DNA of 55,520 nucleotides, counting the filler, from Sphacelaria rigidula (lineage: Eukaryota), in the NCBI GenBank assembly GCA_964200075.2. It is 5 parts of 5 records of this genome, joined end to end, with 100 filler letters (N's around TTAATTAATTAA, not from the genome) between each part and the next. Parts side by side here need not be neighbours in the genome. Positions count along the whole stretch, not along the records: positions 11,126 to 22,150 come from CAXNAA020005516.1; positions 22,251 to 33,274 come from CAXNAA020005517.1; 3 more parts are not named here. The stretch is one strand, 5' to 3'. The notes below the pieces were generated by a model that did no database searches, had not been told where the DNA came from, and was given only the letters and a program-made list of their open reading frames with translations. A program made the position numbers and the translations under genes. Of this stretch, positions 12,421-23,473 are shown in pieces. Position 1 is the first letter of the stretch; the number at the start of each line of letters is the position of its first letter.

Positions 12421-13896
12421 TTGGGGGTCAGAACGTATTTCTTGAGGGCGCGTGGCATACCCGCGACTACATACATTGACGACGCGTGGTTGACAGGCCC
12501 GGTGGACACAAAAAGGCAGGTAGAGCAGTTGCAGTGGAGAGCAGCGGCAGCGGCCATAGCGCTAGCGGTTTCTGTGTCCTTCTTGACAGGGTTTTACTTG
12601 AGCATCAAGAAGGTTGATCTTGTTCCGCGGAGAGTGCAGCGATATTTGGGTATTTTGTGTGACAGTGAGCGAGCAGTGTACCATGTACCCCAGGACAAGC
12701 TGGACAAACTCGGCGCCTTGATTAAGCGGGTAATGAAAAACAGGGCAGTCGATGCGCCTACGCTGCAAAAGATAGTGGGAAAGTTTATGAGCATGAAGGT
12801 AGCAGTGCGGCCGGCCTCCTTGTGGACGCACTTCCTTTTCAAGGGTGTGCAAGCTCCCGATGAAAAGCTCAAGGGCAAGTGGTTGACAGAGATTCCAGTG
12901 CAGAAAGATAGCGGCCTCTGGGATGAGTCAGAGCTATGGTTAAGCGTTACGTAGCACTCGCAGCAGGGTCCGTGGTATTCCTCGAAGCACTATGCCCTGG
13001 CCATCACGAGCGCCGCCACAAGTGCTTCGGCAGCAGCGGGGGGGGGTGCGATGCGAGTGGAACGTCAGCTGTTTCGAGCGGGAGCGGATTTTTCCTCCGG
13101 GTGGATACAGCAGCACATGAACGCTTAGAAGGCATTTGCACTAGATACATACGGTGTTGCGGGAATCCTGCCAGAGATCGCCGGGGCGGCTTGGAGGAGC
13201 GCAGGTTTAAGTGGATGTCGACAATGCGTCCGCGGTGGATGCCTTTGCTCGAGGTAGATCGAGAAACCCCAGTACACATGCACTTTCACTCGATTTGTAC
13301 AACCTGCAACGGAGAGGTGGTTTTGGTTGCGGTTGCAACGGGTGCCATCCGCCCAAAATAGCGAGGCAGATGCGATTACCAGACCAAGTTGGGTTGAGTT
13401 CGTGCGGTTGCGCCAGGAGATTCTCGCGGATTTGTGGATGTTCTTCGGGGCATTTGACGCAGACCGCATGGCTACGAATGTCTCAGTACACCGAGTGCCA
13501 CGAGGGCACCCAAGAGAAGGCAGTGAATTGCCGTTTTGTGCGCGATACACGTATGTCCAGGAGCGGCGACAATAGATGTGTTTGAGCACAATATGTTGCC
13601 TTAATTCTGGGCTCAAGCGAGAAGAGTTTTAATTTTTGTTTCCCGCCCGTGTGTATGGTGGGTGTGGTGTTGCAACGAATGGAGGAGTGCAGGGCAAGAG
13701 CAGTGATCATTGTGCAAGCGACAAAAGGGGCGTGGTATCCTTTAGGTCAAGGAGTGCGCGTGTCAAGGAGAAGTTGGTGGCAAACGCGGGGGAGCACCGT
13801 GCTTTTTTCTCAGAGCACCACACAAAAGATGTAAGGCCGTTTGTGTTTGAACAATGGGACATGGTAGCAGTGGAGCTTGATGTTGGTCTGGCGTAG
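12421..13896 (+). pseudogene. DIRS pol: RT C-terminal half, RNase H and adenine-methyltransferase-like domain
   Basis: Motifs are spread over ORFs 12421-12954, 13211-13585, 13327-13575 and 13649-13834, with frameshifts. Confidence 0.8.
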
Positions 13897-13940
13897 TCAG
13901 CCCGCAACGCATTTGTCACGTCATAGTTCTCCGGTATGCT

Positions 13941-15520
13941 GTGCTAGGTGGCGGCGGGCACAGATATCTGGGTGGCGACCTTTACGCCGTTAGGCGAGAG
14001 AGCGGCGGAGGAATAACGGCAGGAACATCCTCTCTCGGGGTGCCCCAAGGCGCTACCAGAATTGCGGATCGTGTACCTAGGGTGCTGTGCGGAGCATGCC
14101 TAGGGCATAATGATGGCAATCACAGATTTTGTCAGCGCTGTGGTGTGCCAGCCAAATTAACGCGACCGGCGCCGCGACCGCAAGGGAAGGCACCTTTGCA
14201 TATCAATGACATTCTGCTCAATGACCGGCCGGCGGCGTTTGCCGCGGCACGGGCGGCTGAGGTAGGGCATAGGCGTAAGAGTGTCGTAGTCGACTATTTC
14301 GACCGTTTTGTACGCCAACGTTCGGGCGGCGCCGGGGGATGGTGAAATGCAACGCCGGAGCAAGATGTAGATTATCTGGCATACAAGGACTCACAGGGCA
14401 CGGGTACAAAGGTGGTTCAACTTGCACAATGCCCATAGATAGGTACGGAGAGCTTGGTGCAATACAAGGATCTAGATCTGGGGTGCGCGAAGCGGTATGC
14501 ACATACTTAACTCAACAAACAGTATACACAATAAAAAAGTCATGTATAATTAATGAAAGATTGTTTGAGGATGGATGCTTGGATTGTTGGTTGGGATCGA
14601 ATTTTGTTTTTGGGCAAGGGAGAGACAATATGGAAACTGCGCTGGGCGTACACAGCGATCCTCGCTAGCAGCGACGACTGGTCCGTCACCGACCATCGAG
14701 GTAATCCGGTCAAGAGTGTACCAGTGACGGAATACTTGGCATTCTCTGCGGCAGAGCAGCAGAAGGCAGGTGTGGCTACAAAGCAAGCGCGGCCGCGGTT
14801 ACGGCCAGATCTAGCCGCGATTGTCGCAGCTATCAGAATACAGTTAGCAGGAACTGAGCGCCCCGCGAAATCCATTGCGTTAGTCAGGGATATTGCGTCG
14901 TTTACAGTGGCCTTTCGTACGGCGGGTAGAGGGGACGATTTGACGCATATGATGGCGAGCAGTGTTCTACGGCTGCCCGAGGATCGTGGTATCGTCTTGA
15001 ACTTTCGTTCCACCAAAACGCTGAGGGAATGTTCGCGACATGAATGCCACGTAGCCCCAGATAGGGATATGCCGGACACGTGTGCAGTGGAGGCGCTACA
15101 AGTATGTGCGCAGGCCATGAAATCATGCGGCTGGCAGGGAAGCCAGGGTTTCCTCTTCCCCCAGATCCGTATGACAGGTGATATTCGGCTGGCAAAGTGT
15201 GATACCGCGATGACACCGCGCGCCATGATGGCTCGGCTGCAGAAGCATGCCCGAGGGCGGGTTTGGGGGATAGAAATTTTACGATGCATTAATTCCGGGT
15301 GGGGGCCGCGGTAGCGCGCACCATAGCGGGACAGGATGTTGCGACTGTCATGGCGCAGATAGGATGAAAGTCGAGCCGGGTTGCGCGTCGATATATAGGG
15401 CAGACGGCGCGACCGGAACAGCAGGGCGGGAGTAAAACACGGGAAGTCGTCGAAGCGGATTACGCGGATGCCAATACCTTCGTAGCAAGCCTCGACCCAG
15501 CGGAGTTTGGTTTCTTTAAC
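13941..15520 (+). pseudogene. Zn-ribbon, ALOG domain and tyrosine recombinase
   Basis: Reconstructed YLAYKDSQGTGTKVVQ.AQCP...GCAKRYA[insert]GKGETIWKLRWAY...RGNPVKSVPVTEYLAFSAAEQQKAG matches the ALOG pattern (D..G.TKVH..C...C..R.A...I.KLR.AY...NP....V..YL....EQ.KAG). The YR catalytic core follows in ORF 14553-15314 and its frameshifted tail. Confidence 0.8.
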
Positions 15521-17634
15521 GTAGCACGAGGAGGCGAAGAGAGGGTTAGCTGACACGGGACACGCGGGGATGCATGTGGCAGTTGGTCATCATGCTGGAA
15601 TGCTGTATGCAGCTTGTTAGCTTAAGGCCGGTTGCTCTCACCAATACGCCGGTAACAGGCACAGACATGAACACGCACAATCCGAAGAGTATGGGTGAGC
15701 CGCCGAGCGCCGGCAAAGAAGTCGGGGTGAGGGCGCCGGCGGGGCTGGAGACCTCATTTCATCCCAACACTAAGAGGACGAAGAGCGCAAGAGAGAATGT
15801 ACTGCAGTATTTTCACATCCCATGATAGCCGGGTTGTTGGGTTTCGACACAAAAGGGCGGTGTCAAAGGAAGGGGAAGAATACAGAGAACTTTCCGAGAA
15901 CAGCAATCTCATCCCCGTAGTAAGCACATACAGTGTTGCGCCGGGGACTATTTTTTTCAATAGTCTTTTGAACGCCTCCCGAAAAAACGGTGGATGATGG
16001 CAAATATCCTGATTTCACGAGGACGGTCCGCACCAGCTGTGCATGCAGCAGCAGCCCAGACAGCATCGCCCAGGCGGAAGGAGCTCACGCGTGCACGAGC
16101 AAGGTGTGTTCATATATAGACAGACAGTTCGTGCCGCAGATTGCACCGGCAACAGCGCTGTATGCAACGAGTTAGAGCAGAATCCGTGCGGCCCAGGGTG
16201 AAAACCACCCCCCTTCGTGCAACCTGACCTCCGGTGTTATGGGTGCGCTCGGCCTACACCACCGGTAGAGATACAGAGGGTTTTTTCACCATGTAGACGA
16301 AGTACATTTTCTGTTGGAAAAGGATTGACTGAAACCCATCGGTGTCGCGAAATTAAAGACGTGACTGAAGTTTGAAAGGGTTTATATTTTGCTACGCACC
16401 AGTGCAGTGGGGAGCCCCCTTCCTGCTCTACAAGCTGCTCACCCCAGTACAGTACAGACCCGTGCAGCACAATACGGTGCATCCCAGTGTAGCACAGAAC
16501 TACACAACTTCGTACAGTGAAGTGCAGTGCAGCACAGAGTGTTGTACAGTCTGTGAAGTGCAGTGCTCGGGTATGAACAGCGCCAACTACAAGAAGGAAC
16601 AACATGCTCTACAGTCCTACTGTAGTGCGTGCATGACGGTCATGGCCAAGCCATGAGGATTCACGATGCGCAACATGCGCCCGTGGGTTATGTGTAATTG
16701 TGCGTGTTACGTACTTCATGAAGGAAGGTATTAATCCCACCTGGTGGCTTTTTTCGCGCAACGATCGCATGTTGGGAACATTCACCCGGGTTCCGACGAC
16801 CCCCCTACGTGAAGCGAGATAACTCGAGCGTATGTCGACATAGATTTCTAGTCGTGAAGTTGAACGATACAACAGTACGACGATCGCATGCAGTGACCAT
16901 GAGATTGGATGGAGCGGCATCCAAAAAAGCCTCATCGTTGGACGGCACAGCATGATAACCGCACGATTGAAGACACCTGTGATCAAAAGTATTAACGTAC
17001 AATCCTACACGCATCCACTCCCCGGCACATTCGCCAACCATACACGTGGAAAAGAACACCGAGACTCATAGTTGGGGTATAACGTCTGGAGCACTTCTGA
17101 GACGCCGGCCGGAGCAGACCGAACGTGAGATACGGCACCAAAATCGGTCTCGAGGTAAGAGCACCACCACACCGCTCATGCACTAATGCCGTGCGAAGTA
17201 GAAGTGCTGAAGATCCCGCGCATCCGACTGCTTTCCTCTTGTTCCCGATGATGATTGTGACTTTTGAACGAAATTGAGGATGCCTACGTTTCGGGATATC
17301 ATCCCTTCACACGAACCCCCGACTCTTTACAATCTAAAAAAAACAAGACCACATGGCGATAACTTTGTGCCCACCCATCGTTTCCGTCTCTTCCGGACAG
17401 GTAGTGAAGTAAGTGTCCGCACCACTATCGCCGCCATCCCGTCCGACACATGCCACACCCGCGCTTGGAATCGGATCTCCACTCACGCACTCCGAACGTA
17501 CAGCGCCGGTGGAAAATCTGAGGGGCATCGCCGAGGGTCCCGCTGGCGAAGAGGTCAAACCGCAAAAGTAGCTGAGCCCCCCTTCGCACGGAAACGATGC
17601 GGCGACTGTACTCTTCAGTGCGTCGGAGGCGTCC

Positions 17635-20600
17635 ATGGCGTCCACTGATGGCGCATCTGTACAAGAACAGGGGTTGGAGAGATGCAACGACCGTCCGAGT
17701 GCAGAACGTAACAACTCCAAATTTGGATCGGGTGGGGAAGGCGCGACCTGTGAAATCTCCACTACCTCGGCATCGGAAAACAATACACGGGAGGTGTCAC
17801 CATGGAATCCGCCGACAGCGCCTCGCAAGGAAGTGGGAAACACTCCCCTGCAAGAGCGGGAGAGCTGCCGGTGGTAGAGTCGTAGAGGTGCAGATTTCAA
17901 CTCCGCCAACCAAGGCCAAGAGAAGACGTACCCCGCCCAACTCTGGCGGAGGCACACCCCCGCAAGCTCAAACAAGTACATAAGACGGAAGAGGACCGCG
18001 ACGAATCACCCGGAGGTTGACGGCGCATGGGAAGCATGGCATGAACAACAGAAAGCTGTGTTGCAGCATAGAAACGGGGTGAAGGAAGTTCAGCTGCTGG
18101 CAATACACTCTCCGGAGGAAGCGCCGATACCCGCATCTCCATACAACGCAAGACGGGGTCCTACTCGGGGGTCACCGGGGGGATTTTCCACGCCATCGGG
18201 ACACTGTAACAAGCGACCAGACTGACCATGCACCTCGCAACCAACTCCTGGAGGCGCGTCGGTGTCAAAATCGAAGCAGAAGAAGAAGAAGGGTACATAT
18301 GCTGCCGCCCCTGGGGTCCACCGGTCTCGAGTTGAAGGTGTCGGCAGCTCATCTTTAGCGGCTCCGAAACAAGATCAGGCAGCGCTGGCGCCTACGAACG
18401 GGGTTGCCAGCGAGCTAATGAGGCATCCCGACCGCCGGACACCACCCCCCGACACTGATCGTGATGATCATCGCGCGCGCGGTGAAAGAGGGAGGACGTC
18501 GACGCGACGCAGTAGCTCTCAAGGTCCCACCGGCAAAAGTGATAGCTGCAGGAGGGTGCATTCTGCGCCGGCAGGGTCTACCGCGGTTACTAGTATGAGG
18601 GGGGGTAAAGGACATAAGCGAGTTTGTCACGATGTGCGTGGCATCCAGTTCCCCGTCGTCGACGACGTATGCAACACATGCTCCTCTTGCGGTTGGATAC
18701 ACGACCCAGTATCGCGACTGTGCTTCGCCTGGTACCGACCAGGACCCGGCAAAGGCAATGCCTGGCGTCATCTTGGGGAGGCACGAATTCCTGAGGCTCG
18801 ACTATTCCTGGAGTCGTGTGTGGATGGTGATGGCATGCGTCCGGCTTCGCTAGTGCAAAACTATCAACCGAGTTCAGATTACTTATGCAACCGGAATTAT
18901 TGTTTGTTGCGCTTACTCGAGCGACACAGGATTGCGAATGATAGACGAAAGGCAAAGTCCCTCCCTCCGGTTTGCTGTACACCCGCGACAGTTGATTTAT
19001 CCTCGCCCCCCTAACCCTGCCGAGTCGGACTTTACTGTAGAAGTACACCATACAGTAAATGCGGACGTTGAGGCGGGGCGCGTAGTGGAGCTGGAGGATG
19101 TTCAATCCTGGCTGACCGAAGCCAGAACCGTAGCAGACGCCCGGGATGTTATAGACAAGCGCACCAGGGAGCAAGCGCTGGGAATTTTCGATGCGGTGGC
19201 GGCGGACGGCGCAGTCAGCGCCAAGCTTGAGGAGATACGCAGGGTCGAGGGGACTGCATGCGATGGGCAGCGCGAGTTCATCTCTCTCGTTCATTCCGTG
19301 GTGGCGCCCGAGGTAGGCATGGCGGCCTATATTGAACTTCGCAGCATGCGTGCCAGGGTACGAGAACTGGAGCGTTTCCTCTTCCGCCTCACCGCCCAGA
19401 TCGACGGTAGTCAGCCTGTTGAACCCGCACTGAAACAGGTGACAGCTGCCGGTTCGGCGGAGGAGAAACGGGTCGTGATCATAGCGGCTGGGTCTATCCT
19501 CAGGATAGATATTGAAAGTGCACAAGACCTGAGGAATGTATTGTGGGATAGGGACCAGAAATATGCCGCCGATATGTCGAGGAATATTCAACCCATGAAT
19601 CAATTTCTGACGGATCATCCGTCGCCGGCACTATTGGCATCGCTGAGCAGTCTGTGCCGTTTGAATGTGTCGAGTGATGATCCAGATTTGCTTTTTTCGA
19701 CCTTAAAGAACGCAAGAAGTGGTCGGCACGGGGATTGTGTTCATGCACCTCGCTCCGCCGCGGCGGATGATGTCGCCGAGGCGGGGGCGTGGGATGGCGA
19801 GGCGGGTCTGGTGGGCACCGCGAACGGGTCCGGTGGTGGTACCCGCCGCAACGGGAACACGGGGGCGCAGTTCAACGGGGATCGGCGATGTCCCGCGCCG
19901 GCGCAAGTACACATGGATCGACGCCGCGAGAAGAGGTGCTGCGCAAGAAGATGAGGAAGAGGAAGAGGCAGATTGGGAGGCTATACACGATCGCGCAAGA
20001 ACCTCGTCAAGATTGTTTTAGGTCGAGGATTTGGAGCAATGCACGACTTCCATCAAGCGCAGGGGTTGAAAATGCACGGCATACCCCTGGCTGTCATCGA
20101 CTACATTGCCGCCCACGGGTTCTGCAAGACAGAGTTGATGCGGTACAAGTGGGAGCAGTTCTACGTAAAGTGGAGGTTGGACAAACATCTCATGGCCCTT
20201 GCATTGAGTGCTGCTGTGACTCCTTGGGACAACTAACGTTTTTCGACCGACGACGAGTGTTACGGGGGGCGGTGCACATGTGAGTACTATTATATAGCGG
20301 CCGTGGAAAATCTGCCTGGGTATCTGTCGCTCGTGCATGTGCACCGCCGGCAAGGTGAAGTGGTGGCCGTGGATACCACGACGGGACCCCTCTGGCACAG
20401 GGACGGCGAGCAATGGGAGCGTTACCTCTACGTCTTCGACGATGCAGCATTCCGCTGCGCGGTGCCAGGGATCGTAGGTGAAGGTGGCCACATCGACAAG
20501 TGCTTGGAGATCCAACTCAGACAGATGAACAGAGTGGTCAATTTTTGGGTACTGTTTGTCTAAACGTGAACGCGAACGTTTCGAAGCCTCTCTCTCAAAA

Positions 20601-21860
20601 TGTGGTCGGGACATTATTGTCGAAACACGGCAAGATGACGTGCCTGTGCATGCGGCGCAGCGTTACGTCTGGCAGCAGAATATTTTGACATTGGAGCTGA
20701 CTTCGAATGAACTTGAGGTTGTTTGCACTTGGGCGCCGCGCCCGGGTAATCCAATTGAATTTACTCGTGCCAAGTAAAATTAAAATCCATGGGCGACGAG
20801 GGAAAGGAACTGCTGAACCCCTCTCGCGATAGAAAAAAGGCAAGCACCGCAGAAGGGAAGTGGGGTACTGAAGCAAAAAAGAAAGGAAACTCCTGTGTTG
20901 ACCTTCCTCCTGTGTGACCCCGGCTGGCGCGCCCACATATACCGAAAGGTGTAGACTGGCGTCGAGAATAGGTGGGACGACAACACACACACTCGTGCCG
21001 AGTACTTTGGACGAGTGCGGGTTCGAGATCCCTCGAGACGCCGTTTGTGTCTTTCCTATCCGCTACTGAGTCCCTATCGTGGAAAAAGCACGAGTAAGCG
21101 AGTAGGAGAAGAATCGTCTGTGGAAACATTTCAGAGAATGCGGGAGTGCTTCTCTCATTTGAGATGCAAGATTTATGGTCGCGCACAGCGGGAGGTATTC
21201 GGTGGTCCCACGAGACGACGTGCCCACCTCGCAAAAGGGCATGAATTGAAGATGTGAGGGCAAACAACTGCCTGACGGAGTGTGAACCCCGCATCATCCG
21301 CCCTCGTTTGGTCTCATGCTCAAATTCTCCCCACTAGGCGATACCGATGATGCAGAGGGCCGCAGGTGCTTAACTAAGTACCTCTTCATGCAAATGGGCA
21401 CCACAAAGAGCTGGTCCGACTCGAAGGACGCCATCGACCGTCTTGCTGATATACATACGCCGCGTGGATGGGAGGGGCGCGGCGGCGGCATGCATGGTTG
21501 CCAGTGGGCGGGTCGAAGTGGTCAGCCGGGATCTGGATTGGAGATTCAGATTCCGGGTGCAACAACTCGCAGAGAGGAAATTCGACATCGGGAGCTGGCA
21601 AGACCACGGCGATGACTTCGCATTTTGATTAACCCTGTAGAGAAAGTTGAAGAGATATTTCATGCATATGAGCTGCGGGGATATATATGTAACCCTGGCG
21701 GCTGTCGTTTGCAGAAGGAAGTTATAACCCGTGCGTTGGGCTGACGGAGATGTTGTGTAGTGCTTGGTGCGGTGCGCCCTTGGGTGCAGACGTCTACGGC
21801 GGGTAGTCCATCGATGCCATCGGGCGAATCGCGAGTTGTACCTCAAGATTAATACAAGTA
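17635..21860 (+). pseudogene. Large decayed, apparently intronless ORF; probable Academ-like DNA transposase
   Basis: A chain of frameshifted ORFs: low-complexity N-terminus, Cys-rich domain (CNTCSSCGWIH...YLCNRNYC), IIAAGSILRIDI, RLYTIAQ/NLVKIVLG...FHQAQGLKMHG...VIDYIAAHGFC...WDN, and later VVSRDLD...HGDDF. The family call is from memory of Academ motifs only. Confidence 0.5.
20777..20990 (+). mobile_element. SINE-like retroposon insertion with an (AC)n tail and 14-bp TSD
   Basis: Flanks are ACTCGTGCCAAGTA (20763-20776) and ACTCGTGCCGAGTA (20991-21004). The 3' part (GTTGACCTTCCTCCTGTGTGACCCCGGCTGG...ATATACCGAAAGGTGTAG) recurs at ~29819-29907 (+) and ~24446-24527 (-). Confidence 0.8.
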
Positions 21861-22150
21861 CTCATGAAACGAATAATAAAACACAAGTCAAGAGAAAATC
21901 ATGGCCTTGCAGTGAACCTTTTGAAATACTGAGCAACACGACCACCGCACGCGTATCGATTCCAGTCGTGAGGCGGAGTCTATAGCGTTCTGCACAGTTG
22001 GAAAATCACCACGAATCTTTGGTACGATCGAAAACAACCGATAACGAAAATTGAGGATGAAGTTCTTCATTGAGAATGATGCATCGGTTGATTAAAATAT
22101 GGGCAATGGCCTAGAAAAGGTATACCTTTTCGTTTGTTGCCTAGGAAAGG

Positions 22151-22250
22151 NNNNNNNNNNNNNNNNNNNNNNNNNNNNNNNNNNNNNNNNNNNNTTAATT
22201 AATTAANNNNNNNNNNNNNNNNNNNNNNNNNNNNNNNNNNNNNNNNNNNN
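22151..22250. other. Artificial scaffold linker
   Basis: N-TTAATTAATTAA-N, 100 bp. Confidence 0.97.
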
Positions 22251-23473
22251 AAGTCCCAAAGTACCTACAATACTTGGAGTTGGACCCTGAAATTTGGTAT
22301 GGACAACGAGTAAGGCATAATAAAAAAATTACTGGCGTACATAAGTTTTTTTTTTTTTCATGAGTTAAGGGCAATAATCAGTTTTCAGGTATTAGTAAAA
22401 TGCCCCTTACTCCTAAAAAGAAAAGAAAAAATCTTGTGTACGCCAGTATTTTTTTTTATTATGCCCTACTTATTGTCCATACCAAATTTCAGGGTCCAGC
22501 TCCAGGTATTGGCCGTATAATGGGCCTGCAAACTGCAGAATCGCTTCTCGGCTGGCCCAGCTCGTACCACCTATCTCTACACTCAGCTTCTGCGTACTTG
22601 TACAGGAGGCATTTTTGATAAACTGCGTTTGTGACGAACGCTTGATCTCTTCGAAGATTGTCTGTTTTTTTCGATGAGATGAGTGACATATTAATCCTGT
22701 CTGGAAGAACTCCCGATCTCCGACAACATTTTACCAGAAGAGGACCCATACAAAGCGAACTTCTTTAACAAATTTCCTTAAATCACGAGAAGCGGAGCTG
22801 CCTATACACAACAAGTTTCTTACCGTCGACTACATACGACCTCATCGCCGCTTGTACCGCTTCGACAGAGGGATACGCGGACCTCAGGCCGATAGCTCCG
22901 TCTCTCGTCCCACAGCGTTGCCAGATTCAGTCGCCTTGTGAACATGACCACATATATAGTGTACATTTATTCCCGAATTTCCCCCGAGCACTACATGTTA
23001 GTGTTATCAACTAAAGTTCACTAAAGGATGGTGACCCAACAAAAATTCGGAGGATGGGAGGTCGGGCCTACATCAAATGCAAGTAAATGATTAAAAATTC
23101 GGGAATCCGAGCCCCGACAACATGGGCTTTCTTTTGCTTCGAATGCTTTTTTGTGGGCCAGGGACAGGGTACACCATCTTTGCAGTGACAGAACTCCCGG
23201 CAACAGCCCCCCCCCCCACTGGTCGTTCTGATGTGGTCGATGAATTTCGCCTCGCCCTGATTGGACAGGTCCCTCCCAGACTTGTTGGGTATTATTTTAC
23301 AAACAAGTCGTGAACATGGTGTTAGTGAGCTTCAGTCCCAAAAGGGTTAATTAATGAAAACTCAATTTCGAATATGATCTTTTGGGTGAGCAGTATCGCC
23401 GCGTGTGTACTTCGATTTGTCCGACAAAATAGGCCATAACCGTTGATCGTTGCGACTAATCGTTCGCCCACAG

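Larger units (their letters stand above)
12421..15520 (+). mobile_element. DIRS1-type tyrosine-recombinase retrotransposon with an ALOG-YR ORF; 5'-truncated and decayed
   Basis: Co-oriented RT (FLRARGIPATTYIDDAW, YLGILCDS), RNase H (HMNAL, DVDNASAV, VPSAQNSEADAITR), methyltransferase-like region (FDADRMAT...FCFPPVCMVGVVL..MEECRARAVIIV), Zn ribbon (CGAC...NHRFCQRCG), ALOG-like domain and YR core (RDIASFTVAFRTAGRGDDL; degenerate H-x-x-R region near 15290; IG*KSSRVARRYIG). Confidence 0.85.

Noticed and set aside
12421..21860. A single giant YR element carrying the 17.6-21.9 kb ORF as cargo
   Set aside because: I found no shared terminal or split repeats bracketing both, and the downstream ORF has its own transposase-like motifs; two neighbouring relics is simpler, though not proven.
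22251..23473. First exon of the kinesin gene
   Set aside because: No V.VRVRP-type motif with usable splice sites was found; it probably lies beyond the scaffold edge.
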